A stretch of 58,220 nt of DNA, counting the filler, from Stramenopiles sp. TOSAG23-2 (Eukaryota), in NCBI GenBank assembly GCA_900128395.1. It is 3 parts of 3 records of this genome, joined end to end, with 100 filler letters (N's around TTAATTAATTAA, not from the genome) between each part and the next. Parts side by side here need not be neighbours in the genome. Positions count along the whole stretch, not along the records: positions 1 to 19,391 come from LT649583.1; 2 more parts are not named here. One strand, 5' to 3'. The translations under genes were made by a program, and so were the position numbers. A model generated the notes under the pieces. That model searched no databases. It was not told the DNA's origin and worked only from the letters and a program-made list of their open reading frames with translations. Positions within the stretch are counted from its first letter, which is position 1. Each line of letters opens with the position of its first letter. Positions 1-9,300 of this stretch are shown here, one piece after another.

Positions 1-69
1 TTGTAATTTGATATCACTTTCTTTACCACATGCATCACATTGCCATGTTTCGACTGTTAACGACGCCAT
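1..69 (-). CDS. 5' end of a MYND zinc-finger protein (probably MYND-TPR), running off the left edge of the window
   Basis: Reverse complement of 1-69 reads MASLTVETWQCDACGKESDIKLQ (first CxxC of a MYND finger), with an in-frame TAA a few codons upstream of the ATG. Its last 16 nt (tgatatcaaattacaa) are identical to 828-843 on the + strand, which continues RCGGCKSVYYC. Confidence 0.7.
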   Translation of the reverse strand, partial: MASLTVETWQCDACGKESDIKLQ

Positions 70-657
70 GATTAATCGAATATGTGTTTTTTATACGGTA
101 CGTTTTCAATCGTCCTTTATACGTTACTATCGATGTGTCTTTATCTTCTTCAATATGTGATCAATTGTATATCAATCGTTGTCGATTGTTATACTGTTTT
201 CTTTGTATGTTTGTTATTTGTATATATGATCTCTATATGTTGCAATGTGTACACATAATCCGGATATATATATTCAGAGGTCATATAAAATTGATCGATA
301 AATTTGTTGTTTTCGGTAGTTTTTTGATGTGAATCGATCTGGATAAGTACAAATTAGATAGGTGTGAAATACTATTTACAATAACAAAAATGAGGAGATT
401 TTATATGAAAAATCAACACCACTGAGCACATTAACATAATCCAATAGCACGATGCAATACGCACCTATTCGAATATATATTTATGTATATATATAAAATA
501 TAAAATAATGTCGTTAACATTTACATTTTAATGGATTTTAGATTGAAATGATATATATTGTACGAAGTATGAATCATACATCACAGATACGAGGGAAACA
601 TTTTTTTTTTCTACAAATATTTTATCACGGCATATAAGTAATATTAGCATCAACTTT

Positions 658-1306
658 ATGATCAGGATTGTCTATTTCCATTTGCTTGTTTGGGCTTCGT
701 TGTGTGCAAAGTCCCTTGGGCTTAGGGCGTTTAACGGGGCTTTAAACATAGCTATTGTGCACCCTATTGGTTCAAATAGTAGTGCAAGGGCATTAGCATC
801 AACAGTTCTTGCGATTGAGCACATAAATGATATCAAATTACAACGTTGTGGAGGATGTAAAAGCGTATATTATTGTGATGCAAAATGCCAACAACGTCAC
901 TGGAATGCTGGTCATAAAAACGAATGTAAAACGATGAAAGTGCAGAAGAGTCAAAAGAAGTTTGAAACGCGTACAATAAAAGGACAATTACAACTTGAGG
1001 AATATAATTTGAAAGATAGTTTACGATGATCAAGGTAAAAAGGATAAAGCATTAGAATATTATAATAAAGCATTAGGTATTCGTTTGAACGAATTAGGTG
1101 ATGATCATCCTCATGTTGCAACGTCATATAACAATATTGGATCAATTTACAAGGAACAAGGAAAATATGATAAAGCATTTGAATATTATAACAAAGCATT
1201 TAAAATTTTCAAGAAAAGATTAGGAACAAGTCATAGTTATACCACTAGTACGTTGCAATCTATGATCAGCATAAAAAAATATTTGGCAAGAACAAAATCA
1301 CTTTAA
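658..1306 (+). pseudogene. Chimeric, frameshifted MYND-TPR gene copy: signal-peptide/ANF-receptor-like N-terminal fragment + partial MYND finger + two kinesin-light-chain-type 42-aa TPRs
   Basis: ORF 658-1029 carries RCGGCKSVYYCDAKCQQRHWNAGHKNEC but lacks the first CxxC. The TPRs (VYDDQGKKDKALEYYNKALGIRLNELGDDHPHVATSYNNIGSIYKEQGKYDKAFEYYNKAF) are in another frame from ~1019, with TGA at 1010-1012 in that frame. Confidence 0.65.
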
Positions 1307-1430
1307 GCCAAAATATTGATAAGGGTATTTTAAAATGTTAGCAAATATTGTTATCCGATAAATGTTAAATATGTACGTACATGTATAATATTCGACTTTG
1401 TATCTTGGACACGTTTTTTACTTTTAAAAT

Positions 1431-1658
1431 GTTGCAACATCATATAATAATATTGGATCAGTTTACAAGGCTCAAGGTAAAATGGATAAAGCATTAAAAT
1501 ATTTGAATAAAGCATTAGATATTCGTTTGAAGATATTAGGTAAAGATCATCCTGATGTTGCAACGTCATATAATAGTATTGGATCATTTTACAATGATCA
1601 AAGTAAAAAGGATAAAGCATTAGAATATTATAATAAAGCATTAGATATTCTTACATAA
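1431..1658 (+). pseudogene. Orphan TPR fragment (about two 42-aa TPR units), no start codon at its 5' end
   Basis: Reads VATSYNNIGSVYKAQGKMDKALKYLNKALDIRLKILGKDHPDVATSYNSIGSFYNDQSKKDKALEYYNKALDILT*. In-frame TAA at 1425-1427; highly similar at DNA level to 1019-1200. Confidence 0.7.
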
Positions 1659-1672
1659 GGAAAAATTTCTGT

Positions 1673-1795
1673 TACTTTTAAAAAAATATATTAAGTATAT
1701 ATAATCGTATATACTAAGATTCCAATTTGATTTGATATAACTATTAGTATACAAATATTATATATATATACTTAATATATATTTTAAAAAAAGTA
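1673..1795. repeat. Imperfect AT-rich inverted repeat (hairpin/MITE-like)
   Basis: Left arm tacttttaaaaaaatatattaagtatatataat..tatactaa pairs with right arm ttagtata..attatatatatatacttaatatatattttaaaaaaagta. Confidence 0.45.
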
Positions 1796-2401
1796 TGAGA
1801 CCGCGACGACGATTTCAGGAAATTTTTCTTTGAATTAGAATGTTAATGTAATAAAGAAGTGCACAAGTGACATTACTCGATTCCCTTCGTTCTTCCCTGC
1901 TACAGCCCATACCTTAAAATATGAGCGTAAAATTTATTTTTTAATTTACTCACATGATAATTCCAAAATTCCCATAGCTGTACGTATATACTCGTACATC
2001 TGTACTCTTTTCAAAAAAGAATATTTTATAAATTACAATAATATTAATAATTCATCATTTTTTCTATCTATATTATTAATTTTCGAACTGTATAGGGGTT
2101 ATAATAATAATAGTTAAGGAGTACCTGGTACACCAGAATTATACACCAGGACACCATCACCGGACATAGTTATAGTTATAGTGTGACATCTTATATTCAT
2201 ATCCTGCCTATCAAATATATATAAATCAAGTACACTGAAATCCGTACTTACTTACCACATTACACGTTACCACTCAATTATAATAGCTCTACTTGTTAAG
2301 AGAACAAAATGAATTAATGAAAATAAATATAGATTTATATATAAATACAAAAAGGTAGAGAGAGGATAGAACATTCTACGCGTCACAATATATATATATA
2401 G

Positions 2402-2459
2402 AGATTAAATATTTTATTGTTCAGATATATAGATTAAATATTTTATTGTTCAGATATAT
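2402..2459 (+). repeat. 29-bp direct tandem duplication upstream of the 2489 ATG
   Basis: agattaaatattttattgttcagatatat occurs twice head-to-tail. Confidence 0.85.
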
Positions 2460-2488
2460 ATTATATACATATTAAAATAATTTAAAGC

Positions 2489-5400
2489 ATGTTTAGGATC
2501 GTACATAAAAAATTGCAACGGTCGGCAAATCGACGGAATGTTTTGTTCAATAGGTATGATAGACATTATAACAATGCCATATTATTACAATTATCAAATT
2601 TTTATCAAAAAAAGAATAATAAAGTTATAACATATAATGCTTTTGATATTTTACAAAAATCTTTTTTATCCACTGATAATAGAGGTGGTGGCGGCGGTAC
2701 AAAAGGTCCCAACAAAGGTAATCGTGGTGGTCAAGGAAGACGTGGTCCTAACCAACGCGTGCCAAATAATCCTGGTCAAAATCGTGGTAAAAAAAAAGGT
2801 GGTGGTAAAGATGGAAATCAACCTCGAGTGAACTCTTTCTACCAAAAGAATAATAATAATAATAATAAAAAGAAAAATCAAGGATCACGTGGTCAAGCAC
2901 GAGGAGGGAAAGGAAACAATCGCAACGACAAGCCCCGACAAACACCATTGTCGTTGAATCCAGATGCATTCGATGACCAAAAGAATAATAATAATAATAA
3001 TAAAAAGAAAAATCAAGGATCACGTGGTCAAGCACGAGGAGGGAAAGGAAACAATCGCAACGACAAGCCCCGACAAACACCATTGTCGTTGAATCCAGAT
3101 GCATTCGATGCCAGTGGAAAGTGGATTGCACCTTCTCAACGTGAATATAAAAAAGAACAACAAGCACGACGTATGCGAGACACGGACCAATTCCGAAAGG
3201 ACAATTGGAAAGATGGACCAAATCTGAGAAGAAAAGGTGGTGAAGAACATGCTACAAACAAATATATTAATGATGGGCGCGAACATGATCTTGCGCCAAA
3301 TCGTGGTGGGTTTCGCCCTCGTCACAAAGGCGGAGATGATGATGTAAAGTTGAAACCAGAATACATAACGCATGAAGACGTTTTAATTTATCAATTGGAA
3401 GATAATGTGGAATTTTTGAAATATGTTGAAAAAGAAACAGCTGAATGTTTGTTAAAATCAACTGATGGCGAAGATAGTTTAAAATTTGCATTGCGATTAT
3501 TGCATTTACGAGCATCCCGTATACGTTTTTCGGATATTTTAAAAGATGCAAAGGAAGATTTAGAATATGGTTTCAAAGTGGCGGATATTGTTAAAACGAT
3601 TAGGACGGAGGAGACGTATTCGAAACATCGTTGGGCAATGTGGTCAGAAAAACAACAATATGAAATAGGAGATATTGTTACAGTAGCAACAGATGATAAC
3701 TTTGGTCGATATTTGTACAAGTTAACATCTGATGATGCAAGTATGCAAGGTCAACCAGGATTGCCTGGTGGATCTGGTTGGAAATGTTATCAATTCACCG
3801 ATCCATATGTATATTCAAAAGTGGATGCAATGAATGAAATGTTTGAATTGTATTCAAGCTATGGTGACGATGGTATTCAATTTCAGCAATATATTGATGG
3901 ATACAATGAACAAAAACCTGAATCAAAAATATTTAATGAAATTAATTCGAAACATACAAAAATCCTGCACAAGTACAGAGATATGGATATGGTTGGTACT
4001 GCGTTGAAAGAGTTTTGGGGCAAGCCTAATTTTAATATTCAGAAATTTGTAGAAATGAACCGGGAAGCTTCGACATATTTTGCTAGTTTAATGTTGGAAA
4101 TTAGCGTGGAGAAAGAATTAGAATCGTTGGAATTAATGAAGCAGGGTAATGCTATGATAAAGAAGGCAATAGGGAATGATAGAGACAAATACGCAATTGC
4201 TCTTAAAGATAATACCATTCAAAACGATTATGAAATTTCAATTAACAATAAATCGGTAAATGACTATAAAAATACGCTGATGGAAAATATGAATATAAAT
4301 TACAGCAATGAGAGTGGTATGAGCGAGGAAGATTTCAACGCTTTGAAAGAACAATTTGAAGACGAATTAAATAATTGTAGCCCTGAAGATTTAAAAATGC
4401 ACTTATATGTAAAAAAGAAGATCCAATTGATACGAGATTCGTTAGCGGAACAAGGCCTTGATCTTAATGATCTGCATCTTGGTGAAGACGAATTGAAAGC
4501 GTTTCTTGGTGCGGACGAAAATATAATTGGTTTAGATGATATCATTAGCGAAGAAGATGATACTAGTTACGGCAGATTTTATGATTCCAATAAAACCGGC
4601 AATTTAACTAATCTGAAACAAGGTGTTCTAAACTACATGGAAATGCAGCAAAAAATGAGTAAAAATGATCGCAATTTAGAAATGAAAAGACGCTTGAAAG
4701 AACAGTACGATGGCGATGAATTGAAGAAGAAACTAAAAATATACGATTTAGTGAAAAAGATATTGGATGATAATATGTCCGAAGAATTTTGTAAATATGA
4801 AGATAATATGAACCATTTATATTCAAAAGAAGGATTTTTCAACGATGAATTTAAAGCCATTGAGAACGTTCATCAAGATTTGAAGTTAAATTATAAAAGC
4901 GGAAATTGGGGCAAAGACATTGGCTTAGCCGCTTCAAAAGACTTTTATTTATATATGAACGACGAGACACAGAGAAATGACGATAAATTTGTTGAAACTG
5001 ACGTATATGCACGTTATCAAAGCTGGAAATTTTTGGAGTTGCAACTAGCGACAGATTTTGTTGAAACAAGTCATCATTTTTCTGGCATTCAAGACTTGAA
5101 AGACGCCGAGAAAGAGAAAGAATACCAAAGGGCTATGAGGGAACAAGGATTACCTATTCCTGTGGAACAACAGCTTCAAAATGAATTGCCAGATTTATTT
5201 TGGAATGATCAAGTGCCTGGTGAAGTGATACCAATTGTACAAGATAAAATCTACGATTTGAATCAAATGGATGGAGAATATTGGTCAGCTGAAAGACTAT
5301 CCCAACACTTTCGTGTAAATCCACTCCGTGTAAAAGCTATTCTTAAAATTAAAAACCAAGCTGCTGGCAGAGTAGCTACAGATCGCGAGGAATGGTTGAA

Positions 5401-6313
5401 ATTTACAAAAGAACGAGATTTAGTATTGAACCAAGTCTGTGAAATATGGAGCAAACGCTTGAAGCAGGAACATGATGGAAATATACCTTCAGATTTTGTT
5501 GTTGAATTAAAAGATATTAAAGATTTTGTTAAAAATGCGTTGAAGGGTTTAAATGAGGATGCAGATGGTGGTGGTGGTGCTGATGGCGGCGGCGATGATG
5601 ATGATGATGATGCAGAAGTTGACAATGAAGTGGAAGTCGAGGAGGAGGATGCGGATAACAATGAAGATGAAGTAGTGACACTTGCAAGTGGTGAAGCCCA
5701 TGACGATATACAATCTGTTGCTGATCCTGAGATGATTAATGATGCAAAAGAATTACATAAATTGCTTCAACAAATTGACGATAAAGGTTTGTGGATGAAA
5801 AATAAAGATATTACAGAAATGACTACAAAAACTATAACAAATGAGGATGGCGAGGAAGAAATTATTGAAGTTGAAAAAGAAAAAGATATAGCTCTGGAAG
5901 ATAGAGATAATGATTATATATTTGATGTATACGACGATGCGATGAATCGGGCATATTTAGCTTTATTTCCATTGTATTTTGAACAATTTGTTGATCAAGA
6001 TCTAGCTGGCAAAGCAATGCGAAAAAATAAACCATTTGCTGGATTAAATGAGAAAGATGATATGAGAAAAGCAAAAAAGAAAATAATAGATCGTGTAAAT
6101 TATATACAACGTCGTAGACATCGCCGAAAAGATGAAACTGTTGGTTTCAGTGAAAAGCAACCAGAAGGATGGACATTGGATTATATCCCATTACCGTACA
6201 AGACAACCCTCCTCGCCACACAGACACAGAAACATGACTACTCCTGTGACATCGTCAGAAAACAGAGCAACTTCAATGAAGATATATTTTTGTTGCCCAC
6301 ATTATTGACGTAG
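2489..6313 (+). CDS. Large putative mitochondrial protein with a Bot1p/mS45 (MRP-L20-like) motif, RG/N-rich N-terminus and a CBM5/12-like insert
   Basis: 1274-aa ORF. Arg-rich, acid-poor N-terminus resembles a mitochondrial presequence. PIVQDKIYDLNQMDGEYWSAERLSQHFRVNPLRVKAILKIK resembles the Bot1/mS45 helix-turn-helix. Confidence 0.55.
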   Translation: MFRIVHKKLQRSANRRNVLFNRYDRHYNNAILLQLSNFYQKKNNKVITYNAFDILQKSFLSTDNRGGGGGTKGPNKGNRGGQGRRGPNQRVPNNPGQNRGKKKGGGKDGNQPRVNSFYQKNNNNNNKKKNQGSRGQARGGKGNNRNDKPRQTPLSLNPDAFDDQKNNNNNNKKKNQGSRGQARGGKGNNRNDKPRQTPLSLNPDAFDASGKWIAPSQREYKKEQQARRMRDTDQFRKDNWKDGPNLRRKGGEEHATNKYINDGREHDLAPNRGGFRPRHKGGDDDVKLKPEYITHEDVLIYQLEDNVEFLKYVEKETAECLLKSTDGEDSLKFALRLLHLRASRIRFSDILKDAKEDLEYGFKVADIVKTIRTEETYSKHRWAMWSEKQQYEIGDIVTVATDDNFGRYLYKLTSDDASMQGQPGLPGGSGWKCYQFTDPYVYSKVDAMNEMFELYSSYGDDGIQFQQYIDGYNEQKPESKIFNEINSKHTKILHKYRDMDMVGTALKEFWGKPNFNIQKFVEMNREASTYFASLMLEISVEKELESLELMKQGNAMIKKAIGNDRDKYAIALKDNTIQNDYEISINNKSVNDYKNTLMENMNINYSNESGMSEEDFNALKEQFEDELNNCSPEDLKMHLYVKKKIQLIRDSLAEQGLDLNDLHLGEDELKAFLGADENIIGLDDIISEEDDTSYGRFYDSNKTGNLTNLKQGVLNYMEMQQKMSKNDRNLEMKRRLKEQYDGDELKKKLKIYDLVKKILDDNMSEEFCKYEDNMNHLYSKEGFFNDEFKAIENVHQDLKLNYKSGNWGKDIGLAASKDFYLYMNDETQRNDDKFVETDVYARYQSWKFLELQLATDFVETSHHFSGIQDLKDAEKEKEYQRAMREQGLPIPVEQQLQNELPDLFWNDQVPGEVIPIVQDKIYDLNQMDGEYWSAERLSQHFRVNPLRVKAILKIKNQAAGRVATDREEWLKFTKERDLVLNQVCEIWSKRLKQEHDGNIPSDFVVELKDIKDFVKNALKGLNEDADGGGGADGGGDDDDDDAEVDNEVEVEEEDADNNEDEVVTLASGEAHDDIQSVADPEMINDAKELHKLLQQIDDKGLWMKNKDITEMTTKTITNEDGEEEIIEVEKEKDIALEDRDNDYIFDVYDDAMNRAYLALFPLYFEQFVDQDLAGKAMRKNKPFAGLNEKDDMRKAKKKIIDRVNYIQRRRHRRKDETVGFSEKQPEGWTLDYIPLPYKTTLLATQTQKHDYSCDIVRKQSNFNEDIFLLPTLLT
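2841..3110 (+). repeat. Perfect in-frame 135-bp (45-aa) tandem duplication within the CDS
   Basis: 2841-2975 and 2976-3110 appear identical (QKNNNNNNKKKNQGSRGQARGGKGNNRNDKPRQTPLSLNPDAFD). Confidence 0.9.
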
Positions 6314-6408
6314 ATTTTATTTTAATTAATTGTGTATTTTTTTTTAAATAAAAACTAACACATTATATAAATATACACATCATCACAGTATTTCACAAAG
6401 AAAAAAAA

Positions 6409-7881
6409 ATGGGTGGAAACAGAAAACGTGTCAAGTCACGACAAAGATACAAGGATGATAAGAAATGTATTGTAAAAAGAACATTAGAAACTGCTCCTAA
6501 TAAATCAATTATTATCATCGAGCCATTTTATGGAGGTTCACATAAACAATTAATAGATTTATTAATTCATGAATTTAAAGAAAATGAAAACAGAAAAATT
6601 TATTTATTAACATTGCCAGCAACTAAATGGCATTGGAGATTACGTTGTTCTGCATTGTATTTCGCAGAAATGGCACCAAAGTTGTCTAGTAAAAATCAAT
6701 ATGTTTTATTTTGTTCGTCCATGTTTGATTTATCAACATTTCTATCTCTACGACCGGAGTATTGTAATAATATCATCGATGATTCTTCATCTTCTATAGT
6801 AAAAAAAATATTATATTTTCATGAGAATCAATTAGCATATCCAACAAGACAAGAAGATACATATAAACGTGAAATACGTGATTTTCAATTTGGTTATATA
6901 CAAATATTATCATCTCTTGTTGCAGATCATGTTTGTTTCAATTCTGATTTTAATCGTCAATCGTTTCTTGATAACATTCAAGGCCATTTTAAAAATTTAC
7001 CTAGTAATCAAAAACTAATTAAAGGTGATATAGAAAGAAAAATATATTCAAAATCTGAAGTATTATACTTTCCAATATGTATCAATAACAACAATAACAA
7101 TATAAATAATAATAATATGATGCCAGAAGATGAACCATTGCATATTTTATGGAATCATCGTTGGGAACATGATAAAAATCCAGAAAGTTTTTTTCAAGTA
7201 ATATGTAGATTAATAGAAGAAGTTGATAATGTATCCAGCATATCTCTTTCAGTTGTTGGCGAATCATTTGGAGAAGTGCCAGACATCTTTGATATATATA
7301 AAACGAAATTCACACAAAATAATAATTATTGTAATAAATTAAATGTAAAACATTGGGGATATGTAGAATCAAAGGAAAAATATTTTAATATTTTAAAAGA
7401 TGCTGATATTGTTGTTAGTACAGCAAATCATGAATTTTATGGTGTAAGTGTATTGGAAGCAGTTTTACATAATTGTTTCCCTCTTGTTCCAAATAGATTA
7501 GTCTATCCTGAAATTTATAATAAAATACCTGATTGCATTTACAATACAGATAATCAATTGTTTAAAAAAATTAAAGATTTTGCATTACGTCCAAGTAGAT
7601 TTCGTTTGAAACGAGATACTTATTTGTTGAAAATGAATCAGTTACAATTAGAACAATATATATGGAATGATTATAATGGGAAAACAAATAGTGTTGGAAA
7701 TTTGAAATCAAGATATAAGAAATTGTTTCAACAAAATAATAATAGTCATCCTTATATACGCAGTAATAATATTAATGGCAATAATAGTAGTCCTTTAAGT
7801 TTTATCTTTACACTTTTGATGATGTTGTTAATGAATTTTTCATTTATTTATATATGGAACATTTTGAATGAGCGTTTGTAA
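6409..7881 (+). CDS. QTMAN: tRNA-queuosine alpha-mannosyltransferase / GTDC1-family GT-B glycosyltransferase (DUF3524 + GT4-type domain)
   Basis: Family motifs IEPFYGGSHKQLIDLL, LTLPATKWHWR, YFHENQLAYP, FNSDFNRQSFL, ILWNHRWEHDKNPESFF, DIVVSTANHEFYGVSVLEAV, PNRLVYPEIY. Confidence 0.9.
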   Translation: MGGNRKRVKSRQRYKDDKKCIVKRTLETAPNKSIIIIEPFYGGSHKQLIDLLIHEFKENENRKIYLLTLPATKWHWRLRCSALYFAEMAPKLSSKNQYVLFCSSMFDLSTFLSLRPEYCNNIIDDSSSSIVKKILYFHENQLAYPTRQEDTYKREIRDFQFGYIQILSSLVADHVCFNSDFNRQSFLDNIQGHFKNLPSNQKLIKGDIERKIYSKSEVLYFPICINNNNNNINNNNMMPEDEPLHILWNHRWEHDKNPESFFQVICRLIEEVDNVSSISLSVVGESFGEVPDIFDIYKTKFTQNNNYCNKLNVKHWGYVESKEKYFNILKDADIVVSTANHEFYGVSVLEAVLHNCFPLVPNRLVYPEIYNKIPDCIYNTDNQLFKKIKDFALRPSRFRLKRDTYLLKMNQLQLEQYIWNDYNGKTNSVGNLKSRYKKLFQQNNNSHPYIRSNNINGNNSSPLSFIFTLLMMLLMNFSFIYIWNILNERL

Positions 7882-8119
7882 ATTGTATTTATACCAGGTA
7901 AACTGGTAAAGTTTGGAAGACGTATACACACGCCGCCGTATATTTTTTAAAAAATATTTTAACACAAAAAAATAAAAAAATATATATGTTTTATCTATAT
8001 ATATATATATACAAACGCTTCGTAGTTTATACACACATGTTACTCGATGTAGTATTTTTTATTTCTCTCTCTCTCTTTTGTCGTAATATTAAAATATCTA
8101 GACATATCCACCCATTTTT

Positions 8120-8674
8120 TTATGCAGATTTTAATTTTGGTTGAGCTTCCCATCCAGCATTACGATGCTTTTTTGCAATGATGGAAGGTATCAAAACTGC
8201 ATATGCAACAAAGCCTAAAAATTTAGGCAAATCAGTATAATATCCAGCATTGAATCCTGTGTATGCATTAAATGCTAACATGGCTTCTACACCGATTAAT
8301 AAAATGCGAGCTGGAACTGGCGGACCACTCACTTCTGGCATTCCCATAGGCGAAGTGTTGAAAATCACCATAAAGAATAATTGAGTGATAGCGCCACTTA
8401 ATCCTCCTAACATGGCAAGTGCAGGAGGAAAACCAAGTGCAATCCCTCCACATATTGTCCCCATTACAAACAGAATAGTACCAATAATAAAGCTCAGATG
8501 TGACGCCAACGCTGCCCAAACTTTAAAATCTTTATGATTCATATCAATATTAAAACGTGAGCTTTCAGCTGTTTCATTCCATAACTTTCTGCAAGTCAAC
8601 ATAAATATTACTCCTGGTAATGACATTGCAGCACCTGCATACAATGCATATTGTTCTGTCCAAATAGATGACAT
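8120..8674 (-). CDS. Uncharacterised multi-pass membrane protein (about 5-6 TM), C-terminal KxKxx ER-retrieval-like signal
   Basis: 184-aa hydrophobic ORF with plausible codon usage, ending PKLKSA. Confidence 0.7.
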   Translation of the reverse strand: MSSIWTEQYALYAGAAMSLPGVIFMLTCRKLWNETAESSRFNIDMNHKDFKVWAALASHLSFIIGTILFVMGTICGGIALGFPPALAMLGGLSGAITQLFFMVIFNTSPMGMPEVSGPPVPARILLIGVEAMLAFNAYTGFNAGYYTDLPKFLGFVAYAVLIPSIIAKKHRNAGWEAQPKLKSA

Positions 8675-9300
8675 GATAATATATGTATATATATATCCCT
8701 TTTCTTGAAAAATGTCTATACGTAAAAAAAGATTCTTTGTTTTTTACCAATGTAAATATATATAATTTCTATTTTTTCTATATGCATCAGCTTTTGTGCT
8801 TCCTCTGCCTCTTTATACTTCTTCATTTTATTAATACAACACACAGAAGGATATAGAATATATATACTTTCTTCTGTCTTACACCATTTCTATAGCAATG
8901 CTATTCAGTGCTATTCCTGATGGGAAAACGTAGATTTGGATCTGGAAGATCTATTCCATCAGAGAAAATGAGAAAATATACAATTGGTTTGATAGGAAAA
9001 GTATACTAATTAGAATAAAAGAAAAAATCACAATAATAATTTGTTTTGCGGAAATTATACTAAATCTAGACTAAAAAATATTTTCATCAATTTTTAATTT
9101 TTCAGGAAATTGTGTTGCCTATAGAAACCAAGAAAATGCAAATCAGTTTCTCTACTAGTAGTAAAACATATCTCTATACTAGTCGAGATCCTCGCCTCTT
9201 CGCTTACCATCTGTATACTGCGTCTTCGCTATATATCTATACAAACCAACATCCATCCAAAATATTTTTCATTGTTTCATCTATACTACCTCAACAACTA

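Noticed and set aside
1019..1658. Periodic repeats as a CRISPR-like array
   Set aside because: They are 126-bp coding TPR units with no unique spacers, in a eukaryotic context with no cas genes.
8917..8961. Short imperfect hairpin (ctgatgg..tagat / atcta..ccatcag) upstream of the 8674 gene
   Set aside because: Too short and imperfect to distinguish from chance.
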